This document shows, one piece after another, positions 22,600-31,596 of a DNA stretch of 64,000 nt. Source of the DNA: Synechococcales cyanobacterium VAR_4_metabat_354. GTDB taxonomy: Bacteria > Cyanobacteriota > Cyanobacteriia > Cyanobacteriales > Chamaesiphonaceae. Numbering within the stretch: the first letter of the stretch is position 1; the number at the start of each line of letters is the position of its first letter. A program made the translations under genes and the position numbers. The notes below the pieces were generated by a model. That model ran no database searches, had not been told where the DNA came from, and saw nothing but the letters and a program-made list of their open reading frames with translations. The stretch is from positions 224,001 to 288,000 of the forward strand of contig JANOQI010000016.1 of assembly GCA_031414775.1 (NCBI GenBank), given 5' to 3'.

Positions 22600-23571
22600 C
22601 TAAGAGTTGATAAAATCATCCACATTGCGACTGTAGCTTTTAATGATCTGACTAAAATCGAAATTTTCTTGGGCATAAGCAGCAATCTCGCAGCGCGATG
22701 CCTGATTATTTTCGATTAGTTCTTCGATCGATTCACAAACAATTTGCTGATTCTGCGGAGTGGGATTAGTCAAGATGTCATCTGGTAAGACTTTAATGAA
22801 GTCTTGGGTGTGCAAATTAGCACTAGCTGATTTGGAAACAACAACTCCCAAACCAGCAGCCATTGCTTCTAGTACCACTAGTGGTGCAACTTCCCCATTA
22901 CTAATTAGAACCAGACAGCTATATTCTGTGAGCCGCTGATAAACTTCTGGTAAGCTCCATACTCCTAAATATTTAGTTGTCGATCCTTCTCTAAAATTAG
23001 GATCGTCTAAAGGCCCTACAAAATCAATAGAAAGCTGGCCATCGACTGTTTCAGCTAACAGCCTTTGTTGTTTGCGCGGCTGAATCCAACCCAAGCAAAT
23101 AGCCTTGCCATTTCCTTGCTCTTGACGATTAATTTTTCTAGTATCAACTCCATTAGCCTGAGTTGATATATATCCAGAATAACCAACATCTAAAAAAAGC
23201 TGTTTTGAAGTAGATGAGAGCGCAATAATCCCAGGGGCATTTAAGTAAGATTGAAATTCTTGCTTGAATATGTCATTCCATTGATCAAATTTCAACAGAT
23301 GTCCAGCATGAGATGTAAAACAAAATCTTTGCTGGAGCGTTTGGTTAAAATTCAATACAAAACTACCATCATGTAAATGCACAAAGTCATAGTTGCTACC
23401 GTTGATGCTGTCTATGACTTGGTGTACATCTTGATGATTGAAAATGTCTACTTGATGCCCATTTTTTTCTGAGTAATACTTGTACTCTTGGAGCAGAGTT
23501 AAAATAGAGTTCGACAGCGGAGGTGTAGGATTGTAACCACTGCTGACTAATGCCATTTTCATAAAGTTCAA
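22600..23571 (-). CDS. Glycosyltransferase family 4
   Basis: NGVD motif and EVAPLVVLEAMAAG (EX7E). Confidence 0.85.
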   Translation of the reverse strand: MNFMKMALVSSGYNPTPPLSNSILTLLQEYKYYSEKNGHQVDIFNHQDVHQVIDSINGSNYDFVHLHDGSFVLNFNQTLQQRFCFTSHAGHLLKFDQWNDIFKQEFQSYLNAPGIIALSSTSKQLFLDVGYSGYISTQANGVDTRKINRQEQGNGKAICLGWIQPRKQQRLLAETVDGQLSIDFVGPLDDPNFREGSTTKYLGVWSLPEVYQRLTEYSCLVLISNGEVAPLVVLEAMAAGLGVVVSKSASANLHTQDFIKVLPDDILTNPTPQNQQIVCESIEELIENNQASRCEIAAYAQENFDFSQIIKSYSRNVDDFINS

Positions 23572-23602
23572 CCACTACGAAAAATTTATTACTGGCATTT
23601 GA

Positions 23603-24310
23603 TTAAATTGTCTTCAAAAATTCAAATAAATAGTTTTCATCTTTTAGATTCAGAAGGCTACCATCACCATTGAAAACTTCGTCGTAAGTCATGGTATCTA
23701 ATGCTTCTTTACTCAAGTTTAGGTTAGTATCGGGTCTCCCTTTCGTGACTATTCCTAAGCCATAGTCACAATCTAATACAAATACTTTTAAATCTTGTCG
23801 CTGGCTCCTGAGATGACAAATAGTTTTCCAAACATCACCACACCATTCTCCTGTCCATCCTGGTGATTTGGTAGCTTCATCTTTTTGCATATCTTCAGCT
23901 TCTTGCAGTGACTTGGCCGGACAGGCGGCAGCAACGTGGGGCGGTTTGCAATCGTGCATTACAATTACGCCGTTGTCATTGAGTTTATCTAAGGAGTTGA
24001 GGACATCTTGCAAGGATTGCTGGTAGGTGTGCAGGCCATCAATAAAAACTACATCGAAGCCATCGATCGATTCGGCCTTGGCAAAAAAATCATCGCTGGT
24101 GGCGGTGACGTATTGGGCTTTAGCGTTGTATGGATTCATGGTTTCCCATTCTTTTTGGCGCTCTGGGGAGAAGGCGAAGCTGGGGTCTACGGCAATCTTT
24201 TGGTCTACTTCGATTGGAAAGAAATTATCACCATTATTGACCCCTATTTCTAAGTATCTCAGGGCTTTTTTGTGGTCAATTATTTTTTGAATTACATCGG
24301 TTCTAAGCAT
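23603..24310 (-). CDS. Class I SAM-dependent methyltransferase (Methyltransf_24-like)
   Basis: YLEIGV, FDVVFIDGLHTY, GVIVMHD, W-GDVWK. Confidence 0.88.
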   Translation of the reverse strand: MLRTDVIQKIIDHKKALRYLEIGVNNGDNFFPIEVDQKIAVDPSFAFSPERQKEWETMNPYNAKAQYVTATSDDFFAKAESIDGFDVVFIDGLHTYQQSLQDVLNSLDKLNDNGVIVMHDCKPPHVAAACPAKSLQEAEDMQKDEATKSPGWTGEWCGDVWKTICHLRSQRQDLKVFVLDCDYGLGIVTKGRPDTNLNLSKEALDTMTYDEVFNGDGSLLNLKDENYLFEFLKTI

Positions 24311-24679
24311 TTCAACCTCTTGAGTATCTATAGCAATTTGGAACTCAACTATTTAGGCTGAATGGGTTTAGTATAGCAGTGCCTAGCCCCTGAGTTGTGC
24401 TTTTTGGATTTTTTGAGATGGCTGGCTAATGTTGTTTGCTATGGCTGGCTGTGATGTTTGGTCGATCGATCAGAATTCTAGCTTGCCCTAGTCTAGAAAT
24501 ATTCTTCTATGACATGTTAAATACATAGTGTTTTATCAATACTCAGAATTTGATTAGAATGGAATTTGCCACTTTGACTACTTTTATCGGCAATAGAGCA
24601 TGACCATCCGAATGGAGCTATCCTAATAGGCATCTCAACCAGAGCCTAGCGTAAAAGCAACCTACGGAGTTGACAACGT

Positions 24680-25666
24680 ATGAAAGCAATTGTTTATGAA
24701 AGATATGGAGCGCCCGAGGTTCTGCAATTGAAGGAAGTTGAAAAACCTACCCCTAACGACAATGAAGTCCTGATCAAAACACATGCGACAACGGTAACAG
24801 CAGCGGACTGGCGGGTGCGCAGTCTGAATGTGCCGACCGGCTTCGGGCTGATCGTGCGTTTGGTGTTTGGGGTCTTCAAGCCCAAGCAACACATCCTAGG
24901 GACAGAGCTGGCCGGGGTCGTTGAATCGATCGGCAAAAATGTCCGGAAATTCCAGGTCGGTGATCAAGTTTTTGCATTCAGCGATGCCGCTATGGGTTGT
25001 TATGCAGAGTACAAATGTATGCCGGAAGATGGGGCGATGGCCTTAAAACCAGCTAATCTGTCCTACGAAGAAGCCGCCGCCTTATCTTTTGGTGGCACAA
25101 CGGCGTTAGATTTCCTCCGCAGAGGAAAACTTCAGAGCGGCGAAAGAATCCTGGTTAATGGCGCTTCTGGTGGGGTCGGCACCGCTGCTGTGCAGTTGGC
25201 CAAGCACTTCGGGGCAGAAGTGACCGGGGTGTGCAGTGCTGCGAATATGGAATTGGTAAGATCTCTGGGTGCTAGTCATGTCATCGACTACACCCAAGAA
25301 GACTTCACGCAGAATGGTGAAACCTATGATGTCATTGTCGATACCACTGGCACGGCTCCGTTCTCCCGGAGCAAAGTTTCGTTAAAGGAAAAAGGACGTC
25401 TGCTGATGGTTTTAGCTGGGCTGCCGGATATGTTTCAGATGCTATGGGTGTCGATGACAAGCAGCAAGAAAGTCATTGCTGGGACAGCGGCCAGTGGCGC
25501 GGAAGATTTACGTTTTCTGGCGGGGCTGGCGGCGGCGGGAGAATTCAAACCGGTTATTGATCGGTGTTATCCGTTTGAACGGATGGTTGAGGCTCACCGT
25601 TATGTCGATACTGGGCGCAAGAAGGGAAATGTCATCGTGACCTTGGAGGATGTCGATCGAACCTAG
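24680..25666 (+). CDS. NAD(P)-dependent alcohol dehydrogenase / quinone oxidoreductase (MDR family)
   Basis: ILGTELAGVV, NGASGGVGTAAVQLAK, VIDYT. Confidence 0.92.
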   Translation: MKAIVYERYGAPEVLQLKEVEKPTPNDNEVLIKTHATTVTAADWRVRSLNVPTGFGLIVRLVFGVFKPKQHILGTELAGVVESIGKNVRKFQVGDQVFAFSDAAMGCYAEYKCMPEDGAMALKPANLSYEEAAALSFGGTTALDFLRRGKLQSGERILVNGASGGVGTAAVQLAKHFGAEVTGVCSAANMELVRSLGASHVIDYTQEDFTQNGETYDVIVDTTGTAPFSRSKVSLKEKGRLLMVLAGLPDMFQMLWVSMTSSKKVIAGTAASGAEDLRFLAGLAAAGEFKPVIDRCYPFERMVEAHRYVDTGRKKGNVIVTLEDVDRT

Positions 25667-25898
25667 GATCAAATCAGAGTTCATTGCCAAAAAAGATTCA
25701 AATATTCGGTATTACAAAAATGAGACAAGACATGCTGATATTTCTGAAAATAAACAAAAAATCAAGCTGCCAGCAGCTTGTAAACCTCGCCTTCGCAGGG
25801 CTTCCACAAATAATTCAGAGCAAAATTGCGGAGTGTTGATGGTGAACCTATCCGCTGCCAAATATCCTGCGAAACCACAATTCCAGATAGATTAGTTA

Positions 25899-26874
25899 AC
25901 CTGAGTTCGGGTTAAACAGAAGCCAGTAAATTGTGTTCCATAGCGATTCCTGGCTTCTTAGGTTGATGACAATAAGCAATCAATCCACAGAGAATGTTGA
26001 CAAAGCAATTAACTGGAGAGCGATGCCGGGAATGTTCGATCTGGGAGATATTCTTCAATTGATCAATAACTGTTTCGACAACGGCTCGTTTCCGTAACAG
26101 TAATCGGTCGCAAAGGGGCATCAAACGCTGTTTCATATTGCGTTTGAGCTTAGTGAGCAGTTGGATACCGACTTTTTCCAATAATTCCTGAGCCAATTGT
26201 TGAGATATGTAACCTTTATCGGCATATACTTTACCAAAAAGATGTTGAAGCAAGTCGGGCACTGGCTTTCGGTCATCTACATTGCCTGGAGTTACATGAA
26301 TGTTTAGCAGCTCACCTTTGTCGTTGATAACCAAATGTAATTTTAATCCAAAGAACCAGTCCACGGAGGTTTTGCCGCGAGCAGCTACATTTTTAAAAAC
26401 TTTATGTTGGCGAATTCGCTTGTTGTGACAGACTTTTAGGCTGGTAGCATCCATAAAGCTAATACCTGTACAAGTACCAAAACAAGACCGAAGATAAGCA
26501 CACAGTGGTACTAAAGTCCCAGGCATCCACTCCACAAAGCGGTTATAACTAACCAATCTTGGAAAATAGCTCTGCCACTGATTTTGGACTTTATCTAAGT
26601 AGTAGATTTTGAAATTCCGGTAGCAAGACTGATGAAAACTGATCAGAATGGTCATAATTTCACTCAAGCTCAGACTGCGTTCCCGCTTGCGTATTTGAAA
26701 GTTGTGTCCAAGAAGTTGTTTCTGCCATTGCGGTTCAAAGATTTGACAGAAATCATCGACGGAACAAAAGAGTTCTTCTAAACTAGGCATAAGGCAATCC
26801 AGATTTTTGGTTGATTGGTACCTCCAGACTATCTGTTTTGCCCCTTTTTTTCTTTCCTTATCCCGAACTCACGT
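25899..26874 (-). mobile_element. IS982-family insertion sequence, complete
   Basis: 17-bp terminal inverted repeats ACCTGAGTTCGGGTTAA (25899-25915) and TTATCCCGAACTCACGT (26858-26874), 15/17 match; 6-bp direct repeat TAGTTA at 25893-25898 and 26875-26880. Confidence 0.95.
25912..26790 (-). CDS. IS982-family DDE transposase
   Basis: [46 protein letters not shown]; intact 292 aa. Confidence 0.95.
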   Translation of the reverse strand: MPSLEELFCSVDDFCQIFEPQWQKQLLGHNFQIRKRERSLSLSEIMTILISFHQSCYRNFKIYYLDKVQNQWQSYFPRLVSYNRFVEWMPGTLVPLCAYLRSCFGTCTGISFMDATSLKVCHNKRIRQHKVFKNVAARGKTSVDWFFGLKLHLVINDKGELLNIHVTPGNVDDRKPVPDLLQHLFGKVYADKGYISQQLAQELLEKVGIQLLTKLKRNMKQRLMPLCDRLLLRKRAVVETVIDQLKNISQIEHSRHRSPVNCFVNILCGLIAYCHQPKKPGIAMEHNLLASV

Positions 26875-27243
26875 TAGTTACTGTCAGATCTTCAATTAGT
26901 TCGCTGTAGGTTCTGAATTCGTCAACTTCTACTCCCAAAATGCTATGGCGGAATGAAGAAGCCGATCGTAGTTTTTGATAAAGCAATATTCCTAGTTTGG
27001 TCATTAAGTAAGCACTTTCTGGAGCTTCAATACCAATTTCACAAGCCCACTCGGACAAACTCGACACCACCAGTTTCCTTCTAAATCTGCAAATATATCC
27101 GATCTACATTGAGATTGGATGCCACTATCGATCGTCCAAGTTAAATCTCTGAAGTGTTCAGCAAATTTCTCTGCCTGGGATTGCTCGGTGCAACATTCTA
27201 CTGAAAGGCTAAAAACCCGTGTCATCAGTTGACTCCTAAGTGC

Positions 27244-27300
27244 AGTTTGTTTACTACTCGGCGATCGATCTCAATGTTTCATAAATCACATTATCAACTC
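27244..27300. repeat. 57-bp direct repeat, copy 1
   Basis: agtttgtttactactcggcgatcgatctcaatgtttcataaatcacattatcaactc; 50/57 identical to 27984-28040. Confidence 0.9.
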
Positions 27301-27341
27301 AAGATAAAATGGAAGAGTCCAGTCATACAGAGGTTAAGGTG

Positions 27342-27617
27342 ATGACGGTTAGACAGCCCCGATATAGCAAGGAAGAGTTTGCCCAACGGGGTGATGCACT
27401 TTACGAGTCACAGATTCGATCGCAAGTCGAAGAGGGTAATCATGGCAAGATTGTGGCGATTGATATCGAAACCGGAGTTTTTGAGGTAGCTGATACGACG
27501 ATGATAGCAGTCGATCGACTTTATGAACGTGAACCTGATGCTCAACCTTGGGTAATTAGGATTGGACACAGATCAGTCTTCCGTTTTGGCAGCCGCAGTC
27601 TGAGGAAGTCTGTATGA
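27342..27617 (+). CDS. Small hypothetical protein (DUF5678-like), partner of the downstream protease
   Basis: GAGGT RBS before ATG 27342; GKIVAIDIETG motif; ATGA overlap with the next gene. Confidence 0.7.
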   Translation: MTVRQPRYSKEEFAQRGDALYESQIRSQVEEGNHGKIVAIDIETGVFEVADTTMIAVDRLYEREPDAQPWVIRIGHRSVFRFGSRSLRKSV

Positions 27618-27985
27618 TGTTTGGCGTGGTCAACAATAATTGTGAGGCAATCATCAAAGTTGCAGTAGGTTGCATCGGTTTACCTAAAATAACCTTTGAT
27701 GCAGTCATTGACACAGGGTTCACTGGCTTTTTATCTTTACCATTTTCTGTGATCACAGATCTTGGCTTACATTGGCACTACCGTGATATTGGAACGTTGG
27801 GTGATGGGAGCGAAGTAGTTTTTGAAATATACAAGGCGGCTACGATCTGGGACGGTCAGAACCAAATTGTTGATGTAGCGGCTTCCGAGGCAGATCCGTT
27901 AGTGGGAATGAGTTTGATATGTGGTTTTAAGCTTCAGATTGAGGCGGTTGAAGGTGGTCTCGTTACGATCGAAGCTCTGAAATAG
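27614..27985 (+). CDS. Clan AA (retropepsin-like) aspartic protease
   Basis: AVIDTGFTG catalytic DTG, LGDG flap, PLVGM closing motif. Confidence 0.85.
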   Translation: MMFGVVNNNCEAIIKVAVGCIGLPKITFDAVIDTGFTGFLSLPFSVITDLGLHWHYRDIGTLGDGSEVVFEIYKAATIWDGQNQIVDVAASEADPLVGMSLICGFKLQIEAVEGGLVTIEALK

Positions 27986-28040
27986 TTTGGTTATTACTCG
28001 GCGATCGATCTCAAAGATTCACAAAGCATATTATCAACTC
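27984..28040. repeat. 57-bp direct repeat, copy 2
   Basis: agtttggttattactcggcgatcgatctcaaagattcacaaagcatattatcaactc; exactly 740 bp from copy 1. Confidence 0.9.
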
Positions 28041-28041
28041 T

Positions 28042-28065
28042 CGATCGCATTAGTTAATGCGATCG
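28042..28065. repeat. Inverted repeat with 11-bp arms
   Basis: CGATCGCATTA-GT-TAATGCGATCG. Confidence 0.85.
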
Positions 28066-28216
28066 GTTACGTATTGATGGGTTAAGTCGCTTATCAAATC
28101 CGAGTTCGTAGCTGAGAATGAGTCGAGTATTTCATACTGTTCGGATATGATATTACGAAATTCTAAATGTATACCAATCTGCTATTATAGTGACCTGGCT
28201 AAATTTATTGAGCCTT

Positions 28217-28325
28217 GGGCGTGTTATTAAGTAAACCAAAAAGACGGTGAAATATTAATAAAATAATGACAGCAAAAAGATATGAGCTACATAATGACCA
28301 AGGGGAAAGAATCAAAGACCTGTAG
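28217..28325 (+). mobile_element. IS5-family left-end remnant
   Basis: GGGCGTGTTATTAA end motif followed by ATG 28266 MTAKRYELHNDQGERIKDL*, resembling the RYELxDxQWxxI start of IS5-family transposases. Confidence 0.6.
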
Positions 28326-28395
28326 GTTATGGGATTTAAACGTCGTTACTTCAGGCTAATTACTCGTCTCGCGCCCACTAAAAAATAATACTTAA

Positions 28396-29433
28396 ATGAT
28401 TACCTCAGAAAAATGGAGCATTCTTGCTCTCCTAAGATTTTTCCTTGCCTCTATCGTTGCCATAAATCACTTAGCCGAATATACGCAACTTGGGCTATTA
28501 TCAATCATACCTAAATTAGGCGCATTTGAGGCAATTTTAGGATTCTTGCTCATTAGTGGTTACTCAGTTACGGCATCCTATCTAAATAGACCTGATGGAT
28601 TTTTACTGCGTCGATTAAAACGGCTGTATCCAGTATATTTCGCAAGTCTTATGATTACTTTAATTGTACTTGTTTTTGTACAAAAAGAGGTTTTCCCTAA
28701 CCCATTTATTATATTAGTAAATGCATTATTTTTAAACCAAATTCTTACCACCACCTCCTTCGTTGGCCCAGCTTGGAGCCTCTCACTGGAGTTTTGGTTA
28801 TATTGTTCTCTTCCTTTTCTTTATACTTTGAGTCCTCGTGTAAATCGCTTCATAATTTATATTTCGTTAATCTCGTATGTAATTTATACAGCTCTTAGGA
28901 CACTCCTACACCTACCGTATTACTCAAATATTGGCTACGGAGGCAACCTGTTGTTTTTGTGCTTTGCGTGGGTTTGCGGGTCACAACTCGCGCGCGAAGA
29001 TACAAAAAAATCAGTTGTACTCAAAGATCTAAGGGTTATATTTATTATTCACATCTTTATCAAGGCCCTAATACAGTTGGGTTCAAGTATTAAGCGCGGA
29101 ACAATCGAACAGTTTTTTTATATTGATATATTTAATTATTTTATGCATGCGGTTACGTTGTGGGTGGTGTATACAATTTTCAAGATCTTTATTCTTGATG
29201 ATCATGTCTCAACGAAAAAATCTAGGCTAATGCAAACTCTTGGAGATATCTCGTATCCGCTTTATCTTATTCATATTCCTATATATATGGTGGTATCAAA
29301 AATAGGAATTAAATCGCCCATTGCATTCTATCTATTTTCATTAGCTGCGTCCTATCTGCTTTACATGTTCGTTGATTTCTATTCTCAGCGCCGAGGAAAA
29401 CTCAAAATAAGTAATACTGAAAGATCTTCCTGA
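28396..29433 (+). CDS. Acyltransferase family 3 (OafA-like) membrane protein
   Basis: LRFFLA, FLLISGY, RRLKRLYP, WSLSLEFWLY, LGDISYPLYLIH; AT-rich. Confidence 0.9.
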   Translation: MITSEKWSILALLRFFLASIVAINHLAEYTQLGLLSIIPKLGAFEAILGFLLISGYSVTASYLNRPDGFLLRRLKRLYPVYFASLMITLIVLVFVQKEVFPNPFIILVNALFLNQILTTTSFVGPAWSLSLEFWLYCSLPFLYTLSPRVNRFIIYISLISYVIYTALRTLLHLPYYSNIGYGGNLLFLCFAWVCGSQLAREDTKKSVVLKDLRVIFIIHIFIKALIQLGSSIKRGTIEQFFYIDIFNYFMHAVTLWVVYTIFKIFILDDHVSTKKSRLMQTLGDISYPLYLIHIPIYMVVSKIGIKSPIAFYLFSLAASYLLYMFVDFYSQRRGKLKISNTERSS

Positions 29434-29456
29434 AAATACATTATTATTCAATATGG

Positions 29457-29546
29457 GCATAACTACTCATTCGAGCAGCAGATAGGCGGGACAGACAGGC
29501 AAGAGGTTTATTTTTCAGACCATGGCTCAATTCTAGGGCGTTAGAC
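29457..29546 (+). other. Candidate integron attC recombination site
   Basis: R'' GCATAAC (29457), 5 nt, L'' ATTCGAGC ... L' GCTCAAT (29525), 8 nt, R' GTTAGAC (29540); L'' equals the reverse complement of L' plus one extra C; 90 bp, 23 nt after a stop codon; inner arm pairs poorly. Confidence 0.6.
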
Positions 29547-29708
29547 AGTAAATAATAATTTGTCAAAGTTGCACAGCTTTGACTGGAATTGTTTGAGTCA
29601 TCGACTTTCTCATCGCAATTGCTGGCCAGCAAAACAGCAGCACAAGCTATTTGCTAAGATAATCAAAGCATTGCACAAACATCAACACAGCTCCAGGAGC
29701 TTCCCACC

Positions 29709-29849
29709 ATGTCAGACCTCGATCGCGGCATCATGAAATTCAAAGGCGCAGACAGTCCGATCGTCATCGCCATCTCCGCCGTTGTGATCCTGGGCAGTAT
29801 TGGTGCCCTGATTGCCTGGGCACTAAAAACCGCCTACGTCGTTTCCTAA
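29709..29849 (+). CDS. ndhQ: NDH-1 small subunit NdhQ (46 aa)
   Basis: AGGAG RBS; MSDLDRGIMKFKGADSPIVIAISAVVILGSIGALIAWALKTAYVVS matches the NdhQ RGIMKFxGADSP plus single-TM pattern; below ORF-track cutoff. Confidence 0.85.
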   Translation: MSDLDRGIMKFKGADSPIVIAISAVVILGSIGALIAWALKTAYVVS

Positions 29850-29856
29850 CAACAAC

Positions 29857-31548
29857 TTGAGCAACATTCAACCCTTGCCCATCGCCGTCATCCAAAAAAT
29901 GACGGCGGGTGAAGTAATTGATTCTCTCGCCGCCGTAGTGCGCGAACTATCCGAAAATGCGATCGATGCTGGTGCCACCCGCTTAACCATTAGTGTTTAT
30001 GCCGACCAGTGGCGAATTCAAGTCGCAGACAACGGACGGGGGATGGATTTAAGCAATCTGCAACAAGCCGCCACACCCTACAGTACTAGTAAGATCCATC
30101 ACCCTGAAGACTTATGGCGAATTACCAGCTTGGGTTTTCGCGGTGAAGCCCTCCACAGCATTGCCCAACTCGCTAATTTAGAAATTCTTAGTCGGTCACA
30201 TGATATTGGCTGGCGGGTGCGCTACAACCAGCAAGGTGCAGTAACTGTGGCCGAAGAAACCGCGATCGCCCCCGGTACGATCGTCCATGTTACCGATCTG
30301 TTTGGGGAATGGTTACCCCGCCGTGCTGGACTTACGAATACAGCCCAACAACTTAAGCAAATCCAAGCCCTGATTGGCAACTTGGCACTCTGTCATCCTC
30401 AAGTACAGTGGCAGATCCGCCAGGGCGAAAAGCCTTGGTTTCATATCAATGCGGCAGCGACGGCGCGGCAGATCCTGCCGCAAGTCTTGCCGCGCGTGCG
30501 CGTCGAAGATCTGCGCCAAATCGTTTTTAATACCCCGCCAGTTGATGCTACTGAAATTGACACCGAAGCGATAGCCCTACCACCCGCTGCTGGTCAGATC
30601 GAGTTATTACTGGGTTTACCTGATCGCTGTCATCGGCATCGCGCTGACTGGATCAAAGCGGCCGTCAATGGTCGGCTAGTAGTGGCACCGGAATTGGAAC
30701 AGGTGTTGATGGCTGGGATGGCTAGAATGTTGCCACGTGATCGATATCCAGTTTGTTTTTTGCATATCTACTTGCCACCGGAATACATTGACTGGAACCG
30801 TCACCCAGCTAAGTCTGAGATCTATTTGCACCATGTGGCCTATTGGCAAGAACAGGTACGGGGGGCGATCGATCGCATCCTGCGCCATAGCCTGACTGAA
30901 GAGTTATTGATCCCGTCTAAGATCACTCAATTATTAACCGCCGCTGAAAACCCTGGGAGCTATCAAGTACCGCAAAGATCGGTAGATGTTACCACCGATC
31001 AAAATTCCCTGGCACTTAAGGCGGTCGGACAAATTCTGAATACCTATATTGTGGCTGAACACCCGACTGGTTTATGGTTGGTGGAGCAGCATATTGCCCA
31101 TGAGCGGGTGTTGTACGAACAACTAGCAGCAGCTTGGCAGCTTGTACCCTTAGATTCACCAATATTATTGGCAGATTTACAGCAGAAGCAGATCGATCGA
31201 CTCCAAGAATTGGGGCTGGAAGTGGATGTGTTTGGGGCGGGGATGTGGGCAGTGCGGAAAGTACCAGAACCATTGCTCGGTCGATCAGATTTGGAATCGG
31301 CGATCTTAGAACTCAGCTATGGCAGTGATCTGACAGCGGTGCAGGTGGCGGTAGCCTGTCGTTGTGCGATTCGGAATGGGACGGTGCTGAGTTTGCCAGA
31401 GATGCAGAATCTGTTGAATCAATGGCAAAACACTCGCAATCCGCGTACTTGCCCGCACGGACGGCCCATTTATCTGTCGTTTCCGGAGTCGGCTCTCTCT
31501 CGATCGTTCCGCCGTCATTGGGTGATTGGCAAAAGCCACGGAATTTAA
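29857..31548 (+). CDS. mutL: DNA mismatch repair endonuclease MutL
   Basis: ELSENAIDAGA, DNGRGM, LGFRGEALHSI, EQHIAHERVLYE, CPHGRP. Confidence 0.97.
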   Translation: MSNIQPLPIAVIQKMTAGEVIDSLAAVVRELSENAIDAGATRLTISVYADQWRIQVADNGRGMDLSNLQQAATPYSTSKIHHPEDLWRITSLGFRGEALHSIAQLANLEILSRSHDIGWRVRYNQQGAVTVAEETAIAPGTIVHVTDLFGEWLPRRAGLTNTAQQLKQIQALIGNLALCHPQVQWQIRQGEKPWFHINAAATARQILPQVLPRVRVEDLRQIVFNTPPVDATEIDTEAIALPPAAGQIELLLGLPDRCHRHRADWIKAAVNGRLVVAPELEQVLMAGMARMLPRDRYPVCFLHIYLPPEYIDWNRHPAKSEIYLHHVAYWQEQVRGAIDRILRHSLTEELLIPSKITQLLTAAENPGSYQVPQRSVDVTTDQNSLALKAVGQILNTYIVAEHPTGLWLVEQHIAHERVLYEQLAAAWQLVPLDSPILLADLQQKQIDRLQELGLEVDVFGAGMWAVRKVPEPLLGRSDLESAILELSYGSDLTAVQVAVACRCAIRNGTVLSLPEMQNLLNQWQNTRNPRTCPHGRPIYLSFPESALSRSFRRHWVIGKSHGI

Positions 31549-31596
31549 GTAACCAGCGACTCTACAATTCTTAGAAAGAACTATCGACTAATTGAT

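Larger units (their letters stand above)
25762..27225 (-). pseudogene. Hypothetical-protein pseudogene, frameshifted and interrupted by IS982
   Basis: MTRVFSLSVEC...WWCRVCPSGL, 1-bp frameshift near 27041, EIGIEAPESAYLM...LIEDLTVT, IS982, then NLSGIVVSQDIWQRIGSP...WKPCEGEVYKLLAA*; removing the IS and one TSD copy rejoins the frame. Confidence 0.8.

Noticed and set aside
29444..29632. 62-aa minus-strand ORF
   Set aside because: Overlaps the attC-like site and ndhQ upstream region; no coding features
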